Positions 57,583-64,000 of a stretch of 64,000 bases of DNA are shown here, one piece after another. The position numbers and the translations under genes are program-made. Source of the DNA: a virus (lineage: Duplodnaviria; Caudoviricetes); IMG/VR virus record IMGVR_UViG_3300028591_000072, positions 96,001-160,000 of that record. One strand, given 5' to 3'. The notes below the pieces were generated by a model. That model was not told the origin of the DNA. It saw nothing but the letters and a program-made list of their open reading frames with translations, and ran no database searches. The first letter of the stretch is position 1, and the number at the start of each line of letters is the position of its first letter.

Positions 57583-59247
57583 TTAACATTCAGCCTTTTT
57601 CCATATATATCTGATTAAGCCACAGTCGTATATCTTTTCATACCCAAGTTGTTTCGTCATTTCTGATTCTGTCATTGATAACGGTAATCCATATTTATGG
57701 TTTAGCGTTTTTTTTCTAAAGCCAAACTTATGCTGCCTTTTGATTCCATCGGAAGGGTTGAAGTATTTGTAATCCGGCGCTGTATATCCGTCAAATACAA
57801 ATCCAAGCTTTGTATAGACATTTGATTCTTCGTTTATTGTCCATCTTCTGTCTGCAAAGGATTTAATAACGTCAGGACCGTATTCCCTTACGAAATATTT
57901 GAACAGTTTACCACCAACACCTTGGCAAATGTAATTGTAATCACTTGCAAATCTAACCAATTCCCATCTATTGCTTTCTTTTGTTTCTTTTTTGAACGAC
58001 ATTACGGCTATTAGCGAATTGTTAAAAAATGCACCAATGTTAATTGTAGAAGGACCATATCCTTGTATGTGGTATTTGTTAAGGAAACTTTTAGCCAAGC
58101 CATTGTCAATTTCCTTTATTTCACATTTTCTTCCCATTATTTTTGGAAGGTTTTCGCTAACACCAACCAAATGCTTTATCTTGTTTAGTACAATATCCTT
58201 GCTGTTTACGTATTCATCTTCGAAAATCTGGATTAGTTTTACCCCCTTTTCTTTACAAGCATTTAGTTTTTTTAAATGGTTGTTTTTTTCTATGTTTGAA
58301 TGCCAAAAAAGTCCATTATATTCAATCCCAATTTTTAATGACGGAACATAAATATCTATTTCTTTTGGAAGAATTAGTTTTCTTTCGCTTTGTATTACAT
58401 TTTCTTTTCCAATTAATGATGTAACATAATCAAAAATTTCAGATTCTGCTTTTGATATATGATGAACACACTTTGGGCATCCGTTTCCGTCAAGATGCCT
58501 CCATGGAGCTTGCCAAAATTCGCCGTGTTTTGGGCATATTATGCAAACTTTGTTTTTTCCCGTAACATATTCAGTTTTTGAATAATCATATTTGTTATTA
58601 TGTATTTTGTTTGATTTTTCAATGAAATCTTCGGTTGTTAATCTTTTTGACAAACCAAGTTCTTCATGGGAACATTTTTTACAAGATGAACCTTTAAGAT
58701 GCAAATATGGCAATTGATAAAATTCTCCATGTTTAGGGCAAATTATACAAACTTTTGTAAGCATATCAACGTATTCTGTTTTTGAATAGTCATATTTACA
58801 ATTATGCACTTTATTTGCCTCTTGTACAAAAGTTTCCGTTGTGTATTTTTTATTCTTATGGATTGATTTTGAACATATAGGACAACCTTTTCCTTTTAAA
58901 TGGTTATGTGGGTCTTGAAAAAATTCGCCGTGTTCTGGGCATATTATACAAACTTTTGTGTGGCTATTAACATATTCAACTTTTGAGTAGTCATATCTAT
59001 TTCCATGTATTTGTTTTGCTTTTTTAATGAACGAGCTATTAGAACTCTTCATTGTTTTTGAACAGAATGGGCATCCTTGTCCAATTAAATGTTTATCTGG
59101 CCTTTGAGAAAATTTTCCATGTTTTTTACAAATTATTGTTATGTTAGTTTTATTGTTTGTATAAGATACTTTTGAATAGTCATATCTATCTCCATGTATT
59201 TGTTTTGCTTTTTCTATAAAAGTTTTTGTTGTATTTTTTTTACTCAT
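57583..59247 (-). CDS. Putative homing endonuclease (four zinc repeats, Vsr-like domain, GNAT-like C-terminus)
   Basis: Paralog of 38528-40000; IGIEYNGLFWHS and SFADRRW...IYDCG. Confidence 0.8.
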   Translation of the reverse strand: MSKKNTTKTFIEKAKQIHGDRYDYSKVSYTNNKTNITIICKKHGKFSQRPDKHLIGQGCPFCSKTMKSSNSSFIKKAKQIHGNRYDYSKVEYVNSHTKVCIICPEHGEFFQDPHNHLKGKGCPICSKSIHKNKKYTTETFVQEANKVHNCKYDYSKTEYVDMLTKVCIICPKHGEFYQLPYLHLKGSSCKKCSHEELGLSKRLTTEDFIEKSNKIHNNKYDYSKTEYVTGKNKVCIICPKHGEFWQAPWRHLDGNGCPKCVHHISKAESEIFDYVTSLIGKENVIQSERKLILPKEIDIYVPSLKIGIEYNGLFWHSNIEKNNHLKKLNACKEKGVKLIQIFEDEYVNSKDIVLNKIKHLVGVSENLPKIMGRKCEIKEIDNGLAKSFLNKYHIQGYGPSTINIGAFFNNSLIAVMSFKKETKESNRWELVRFASDYNYICQGVGGKLFKYFVREYGPDVIKSFADRRWTINEESNVYTKLGFVFDGYTAPDYKYFNPSDGIKRQHKFGFRKKTLNHKYGLPLSMTESEMTKQLGYEKIYDCGLIRYIWKKAEC

Positions 59248-59268
59248 TAATTTTTTTGTTTATTATAT

Positions 59269-59297
59269 ATTATATAAATAAATATTCAAAAAGTCAA
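59269..59297 (-). promoter_or_regulatory. Sigma70-like promoter TTGACT-N17-TATAAT
   Basis: Near-consensus promoter 21 nt upstream of the ATG at 59247. Confidence 0.65.
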
Positions 59298-59428
59298 AAA
59301 ATAGGACCATAATGTGTCTTTTATTTTTTAAAAAAATAAGCCATAAAAGGTCTGTTAATATGAACAAAATAAAAAAAAAGCAGCAAAAGATGCTGCTTTA
59401 AAATAATTTGTAATTTGTTGATTATTAA

Positions 59429-59923
59429 TTAATAGCACAATATACAATAATCAGGCCTCAATGTCGCAGAAATTGTTGCCAATCCATCTTCTGAATAATT
59501 AAGGTCACCAAATTCAACATTTGTTAAAAAGCACCCTTTTAAAATCCACTTCTGAACAACAGCGCCTGTTGGGTCTAACATCTCAAGTTCCACATCGCGT
59601 TTATATCCTGCTGCATATCCTTGTCTACCTGTTATACTTTCTGAGCCAAGTCTGACCCATTCCATAATTGCTTGTGTGGTTGAAGGACCAATTGCATCAC
59701 GGAATGTCAATTGCATTTCCTGCCAAGTGTATCTACCCAAAACCCAAGTTGAAGTGTTAAGGAATTGGATTTCAGTTGCGTTTTGGTTTATTGAAGGGCG
59801 TTTTCCTGATTCTACTGTCCATTCTTGTATGCCTAAATCTGCTGGGAACCTGAATATAAATCTATTTTTCCTTAGTGGTTCATAGACATTAGGCATTTTT
59901 AAAAGTAAATCACTCATTATCAA
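59429..59923 (-). CDS. Tail tube protein (gp19-like)
   Basis: YEPLRKNRF...GRYTW..MQLTFRD...EW...GYKRDVELEMLDPTG.VVQKW.LKGCF...LRPD. Confidence 0.88.
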   Translation of the reverse strand: MIMSDLLLKMPNVYEPLRKNRFIFRFPADLGIQEWTVESGKRPSINQNATEIQFLNTSTWVLGRYTWQEMQLTFRDAIGPSTTQAIMEWVRLGSESITGRQGYAAGYKRDVELEMLDPTGAVVQKWILKGCFLTNVEFGDLNYSEDGLATISATLRPDYCILCY

Positions 59924-59957
59924 TTAATTAATTAACTTTATTATTTTTTACGTTAGT

Positions 59958-60356
59958 TTATATTCTTTGGCTCCCACCATTTATTTGTTGTGGATTGCCT
60001 TGCATATTTCCTTGATTTGGATTGCTAAATGCTGTTTGTTGTTCTGGCTTTTTATCACATATTTGCCAAATTTTCTTTAAAAGTTGATATCTTTCATCAT
60101 CTGGGTTATCTGCTAATTGAGCCATACCCCTAAGTGATTTTTTCCTAATATCGTCAACAAATTGCATCACATCCATTCCTTTTTCTTCCGGTTCTTCTTG
60201 ATGTTCTGGCTCATCTACCATGTCATTGTCCATGAGTTCATCATCTTCTTCATATGGCTGTTCCCCAAAATTAATTGCCTCGTTTATTGATTTAGGCATT
60301 TTTGAAGAGATTTTTTTCATTTGTTGAATATTTTCTTTAATTGTTTTCTTTTTCAT
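59958..60356 (-). CDS. Acidic hypothetical protein, possibly a processed head protein
   Basis: IKE/INE sites near the N-terminus; late motif at 60378-60387. Confidence 0.6.
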   Translation of the reverse strand: MKKKTIKENIQQMKKISSKMPKSINEAINFGEQPYEEDDELMDNDMVDEPEHQEEPEEKGMDVMQFVDDIRKKSLRGMAQLADNPDDERYQLLKKIWQICDKKPEQQTAFSNPNQGNMQGNPQQINGGSQRI

Positions 60357-60404
60357 AACAATATTAATATTTTCATTTATAAATAGTCTAATTTTAAAAA
60401 ATTA

Positions 60405-60433
60405 TTGACTAACATATTAGTATAATGTATATT
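60405..60433 (+). promoter_or_regulatory. Sigma70-like promoter TTGACT-N17-TATATT
   Basis: 13 nt upstream of the ATG at 60447, divergent from a late motif. Confidence 0.6.
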
Positions 60434-60446
60434 TAATAAAAAAATA

Positions 60447-60794
60447 ATGGGCGTAGTGTATTTGCTTGGCGATAGTGGAAAAGAAGGTGAGTATAAAATT
60501 GGTGTTACGACAGGTAAAATAGAAAACAGAATAAAAAAACTCCAAACTGGTAATTCAGGGAAAATATACTTGATAAACAGTTATAATACAGACCATCCGT
60601 TTATTATGGAAAAAATGCTTCATACCAAGTATTTTGCAGATAGGTCACTTGGGGAATGGTTCGAACTGCCTTTTGATGAGGTCGTTAAGTTTTCAGAAAC
60701 TTGTGAAAAAATGCAAAATACAATAAATGCGCTTAAAGAAAATTATTTTTTCAAAAAAAAGTATAACAAAAAAAACGATAACTTATATGAGTGA
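60447..60794 (+). CDS. GIY-YIG (T5orf172/MUG113-like) domain protein
   Basis: GVVYL...YKIGVT...RIKKLQTGN...EKMLH...GEWF. Confidence 0.85.
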   Translation: MGVVYLLGDSGKEGEYKIGVTTGKIENRIKKLQTGNSGKIYLINSYNTDHPFIMEKMLHTKYFADRSLGEWFELPFDEVVKFSETCEKMQNTINALKENYFFKKKYNKKNDNLYE

Positions 60795-61275
60795 TAATGT
60801 GTTTTATGTTCCTAAACGCTTAAAATCTTACGATTCATTTAAATTGTTTGAAAATGAATTTTATGGATATCCTGAACGAAATGAGTATAATGAATTTGAG
60901 AAACTTAAATCATCGATTAAAAGAAAATATCATAGAATATCTTCTGCTTTATGGGTTGTTGAGTTTATTGATATTCCTTCTGAACTAATAAAGAGTGTAG
61001 AGTTTTTATCAGAATATAAATTGGCTGTTACATTTTATGAATCCGAAGAATTTTGTGTTGAAAAATATTTTCAGACAAATTTCGACATTATAAAAGATAA
61101 AAAAATTATTATTAAATATTTAAATAAAGAAGAGTATGCTATAAGAACGGATTCTTATACTATTTCTAAATTGTGTAGTATTGATAAAAAGCCGTTAAGT
61201 AATGAAATAGAAGATATAAAAGTGAAGATAACATTGGAGTGTAAAAATCATGACATCTCAACCTGTAAGGAATAA
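60787..61275 (+). CDS. Hypothetical protein
   Basis: The ATG at 60787 (MSDNVF) overlaps the upstream stop. Confidence 0.6.
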   Translation: MSDNVFYVPKRLKSYDSFKLFENEFYGYPERNEYNEFEKLKSSIKRKYHRISSALWVVEFIDIPSELIKSVEFLSEYKLAVTFYESEEFCVEKYFQTNFDIIKDKKIIIKYLNKEEYAIRTDSYTISKLCSIDKKPLSNEIEDIKVKITLECKNHDISTCKE

Positions 61276-61765
61276 TATTGTACAGCAGAAGAAAAAAAAG
61301 AAAAATACAAAGGTAAAGCCAACTAAAAGAGAATTTATAAGAAAGGCTGCTGAACGAAGCAAGAAAATGCACAAAGAATATGGCACTTCAAAACTTGAGG
61401 AAAAATTTGCCAAAGAGTTTTTGGATAAACTTGGTGTTAAATACAAATACCAATATTTGGCGGAAGATATAAAAAGATATTATGATTTTTATTTACCTGA
61501 ACAAAGGGTTCTTATAGAAGTTGATGGGGATTTTTATCACGGATATGGAAAACTTTATGAAGAAATGTCACCAATGCAGAAAAAAAATAAAAGAATTGAT
61601 GAAATAAAGAACAAATGGGCTGATTTAAATTCAATTCCGTTATTAAGATTTTGGGAACATGATATAAATAAAAACCCACAAAAAGTCATGAAAGAATTAA
61701 AAAGTTGGATAAATAAATATACAGAAAAGATGATAATTGACGAAAATAAAAAGAAAAGACATTAA
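61250..61765 (+). CDS. Vsr/DUF559-like endonuclease
   Basis: YDFYLP...LIEVDGDFYHG...D..KN..A...LLRFWEHDI. Confidence 0.8.
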   Translation: MTSQPVRNNIVQQKKKKKNTKVKPTKREFIRKAAERSKKMHKEYGTSKLEEKFAKEFLDKLGVKYKYQYLAEDIKRYYDFYLPEQRVLIEVDGDFYHGYGKLYEEMSPMQKKNKRIDEIKNKWADLNSIPLLRFWEHDINKNPQKVMKELKSWINKYTEKMIIDENKKKRH

Positions 61766-61769
61766 TGGT

Positions 61770-63062
61770 ATGGCAGAAGATAATGGTTATACAAAAGAAA
61801 AAATTTTGAAACAGTTGAAATATTCTTTTGACATGTATGAAAACACAAAAAAGTCAACAGAAAAAAGAATGAAAGAGGCTCTTACAAAAGATGGAACAAA
61901 AAAGTATACGCAAAGTGACATTGATAAGGAAATAGAATTAATAAATGAAGCACAGGATGATGTTATAAGACAATATGTTGAATGTGGCGGGAATGAAGAA
62001 GATTTAAAGAAAACTGGCAGAAAGAAATCAGTAAATAAATCGACAGAACAATCAACAATTGTTGATATGATGAATAAAATGGATGAAGACAGGAAAAAAG
62101 AACTGGAAAAAGCCGTTAGCGCAACAGCAACAAAGTTAGAACAGGAATATATTCCAACAAAGGGAAATTACAATCCTGAGGCTGCATTCGATGTGATTCC
62201 TTTACCATCAAAGGGTGAAGGATATAAAGATAAAATTTCAAAAGCATCAGTTGCATATCTTACTGCATATGATGAAAACATGATTGTTTCTCCAAATCTT
62301 TATAGGGATAATCTTATTTTGGATTATATTTTGCAAGAGAAACTTTTAAGCCAAGAAATTGAGCCAATGGATTTACTTGAAGGTGATAGGGAGGCGATTA
62401 TTTTGTTTTTAAGGGCGAGTGGTTATGGAAATGAATATCCTATTAGTGCAACTGATGATGTTACAGGAAAAGAATTTGAAACTGTTGTTGACCTTTCAAA
62501 ATTAAAATATAAGGAATTTAACTTGAAAGGAGATGCAAACGGATGGTTTGATTTTGAATTGCCTGTTTGTAAAAAAATAGTAAAATTCAGATTTCCAACA
62601 CATAGGGATATTGTTTTGCTTGATAAAATGCAGAAATCAGAAGACCCTAAACTTAGATTGGAAGCAATAAAAAAATGTGTTGATACACTTGATTCATTTA
62701 TTGAATCTGATAATGAGGTTAGTAAAGAAGATAAAATAAACATAAGAAAATCAATAAGAACAATTGAAAAGTGGGCTGATGAAATGGATTCTGAAGAGGC
62801 AATAAGATTTAATCATACACTTACAAATAGAATGAATTTATTAATAATGGCAATTGACGGAATTACTGATAAAAAATATATTTCTGATTTTATTATGAAA
62901 ATGAATGTTAGGGATTCTTCTGCATTAAGAAAATATATGCAAAAAAATGAGCCTGGAGTTGATTATAATATTGAAATTAAAAGGCCTGAGAGTCTTGGAG
63001 GTGGCTCATTCACAACCTTTCTGCAACTTGACCAATTTCTTTTTCTTAATATCCCCGAATGA
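61770..63062 (+). CDS. Baseplate hub/tail assembly chaperone (gp26-like)
   Basis: IPLPSKG.GY...YLTAYDE...DLLEGDR.AI..FLR..GYG.EY...DL; directly upstream of the tape measure gene. Confidence 0.75.
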   Translation: MAEDNGYTKEKILKQLKYSFDMYENTKKSTEKRMKEALTKDGTKKYTQSDIDKEIELINEAQDDVIRQYVECGGNEEDLKKTGRKKSVNKSTEQSTIVDMMNKMDEDRKKELEKAVSATATKLEQEYIPTKGNYNPEAAFDVIPLPSKGEGYKDKISKASVAYLTAYDENMIVSPNLYRDNLILDYILQEKLLSQEIEPMDLLEGDREAIILFLRASGYGNEYPISATDDVTGKEFETVVDLSKLKYKEFNLKGDANGWFDFELPVCKKIVKFRFPTHRDIVLLDKMQKSEDPKLRLEAIKKCVDTLDSFIESDNEVSKEDKINIRKSIRTIEKWADEMDSEEAIRFNHTLTNRMNLLIMAIDGITDKKYISDFIMKMNVRDSSALRKYMQKNEPGVDYNIEIKRPESLGGGSFTTFLQLDQFLFLNIPE

Positions 63063-63303
63063 GTATTCTAAAAACCTTCTTGAAGAAGAATGGGGATGCT
63101 TTAAGCATATAGGCATGTCTTGGGATATGATTATGCACTTGCCTATACAAGACAGAAGGTCGTTGATACGTAAACATAACATTGAACAAGAAGCCGAAAA
63201 CAAAGCTATTGAAGGATATGAAAAGAGTGATATAAGAACATACGAAGGCGAATCAATTAATACGTTTGCAAAACTTGAACAAGAACAAAATAAAAAGCGG
63301 TAA
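63034..63303 (+). CDS. Frameshift extension of the tail chaperone, or a gp51-like small gene
   Basis: The +1 frame reads EYSKNLLEEEWGCFKHIGMSWDMIMHLPIQDRR. There is no ATG near the upstream stop; the in-frame ATG at 62947 lies deep inside the upstream gene. Confidence 0.6.
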   Translation, partial: NFFFLISPNEYSKNLLEEEWGCFKHIGMSWDMIMHLPIQDRRSLIRKHNIEQEAENKAIEGYEKSDIRTYEGESINTFAKLEQEQNKKR

Positions 63304-63317
63304 AAACCGCTTTTTTT
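63292..63317 (+). terminator. Terminator
   Basis: AAAAAGCGGT-AAA-ACCGCTTTTTTT. Confidence 0.7.
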
Positions 63318-63368
63318 GTTTTTTAGAAATTAATTTACACCTATTTATATTTGAAAAATACTATTTGA

Positions 63369-64000
63369 ATGGACTATAACGAGATAGAATTGCTGAGAAA
63401 TATACAAAAAGACGTACATTACATTGCATATGGTGATGGAAACGGTGATGGATTCGGCGATGGAAACGGCGATGGAAGTAATGCTGGCTCAGGAAATGGA
63501 ACTGCTAAAGGTGGATTTCTACAAAAAATTGGTAGAATAAATAGTGCACTTGACCATACAAAATACCTACTTAAAGGAATGTATAATGATGTTAAGTACA
63601 TGGTAGAGCCATGGGCTGCGGTTGATAATGCTGCTTCAAAGTATGCAAAGACAATTGCAATGACAGAGGCTGGCATGAAACGCCTTAGAAAGACCACTAT
63701 TGATAATGTTGTTAGTGCAAAAATTGGTATAAATTATAATGTATCTCCTGAAGACCTTATTGAGTTTCAGTCAAAATATAATCAAATTGTTGGTCGTGCA
63801 CTTAGAATAGACAATACACAACAAGAAAGCCTTGCAGCAATGCATGCTGTCATGGATGGACGTGAAATTGAACTTGCTGCCGCTTTTGAAAATTTCGGAG
63901 TTAGTCTTAATGGAGTTGCGGACCATGCTGGAAAAATGTTTGCAGATGCTTCTAAGCAAGGGCTATCGTTTGAAAAATATTCTGATAATGTTGCAAAAAA
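63369..64000 (+). CDS. Tape measure protein, 3'-truncated by the window end
   Basis: Open frame MDYNEIELLRNIQKD... to the window end; Ala-rich and helical; follows the chaperone; late motif at 63341-63349. Confidence 0.7.
   Translation, partial: MDYNEIELLRNIQKDVHYIAYGDGNGDGFGDGNGDGSNAGSGNGTAKGGFLQKIGRINSALDHTKYLLKGMYNDVKYMVEPWAAVDNAASKYAKTIAMTEAGMKRLRKTTIDNVVSAKIGINYNVSPEDLIEFQSKYNQIVGRALRIDNTQQESLAAMHAVMDGREIELAAAFENFGVSLNGVADHAGKMFADASKQGLSFEKYSDNVAK

Noticed and set aside
63432-63479. 12-nt tandem repeat (GG(T/C)GATGGA...) near the tape measure start
   Set aside because: It encodes a short GDGx linker four times; ordinary low-complexity coding sequence.
1-64000. Stop-codon reassignment (TAG to Gln, as in Lak megaphages)
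   Set aside because: Long conserved genes are intact in code 11, and the TAG ending the C1 peptidase (55114-55116) falls at a natural C-terminus.
1-64000. CRISPR array, tRNA or rRNA genes
   Set aside because: No regularly spaced repeats or cloverleaf were seen by eye. The recurring DNA similarity comes from endonuclease protein repeats and terminators.

Overview
The window is 64 kb of an AT-rich T4-like jumbo myophage read in the standard genetic code. Structural genes include portal (gp20-like, with a 526-aa HNH intein), neck (gp13/gp14-like), tail terminator, sheath, tube, spike, a gp26-like chaperone and the start of the tape measure. Replication and auxiliary genes include a family B DNA polymerase broken into two genes around a homing endonuclease, an SNF2 helicase, a gp55-like sigma factor, dUTPase, NADAR, glycosyltransferases, RmlD and five zinc-repeat Vsr-like homing endonucleases. 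A-rich leaders without Shine-Dalgarno sequences and one TAnnTTTG promoter box suggest a Bacteroidota host (inference). The main unexplained structures are: (1) a shared N-terminal leader (K-x-I-x-I-x-E-x-QL-x-x-IV-x-E-x-V-K-x-x-L-x-E) on many unrelated late genes, proposed as a capsid-loading tag; (2) a 2.16-kb IS1595-family element (26-bp inverted repeats, 3340-5499) that carries two tagged genes with a phage late promoter and a phage-type terminator; (3) an apparently non-splicing intein-like (HINT) segment at the polymerase break; (4) a late-promoter motif ACTATTTAT(A), the reverse complement of the T4 late box, seen at 22 sites; (5) a candidate late sRNA, a candidate origin, a likely tail-chaperone frameshift and an unannotated (D/N)P(F/L)APWN-repeat peptide. 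All protein assignments come from motif recognition by eye; no searches were run.
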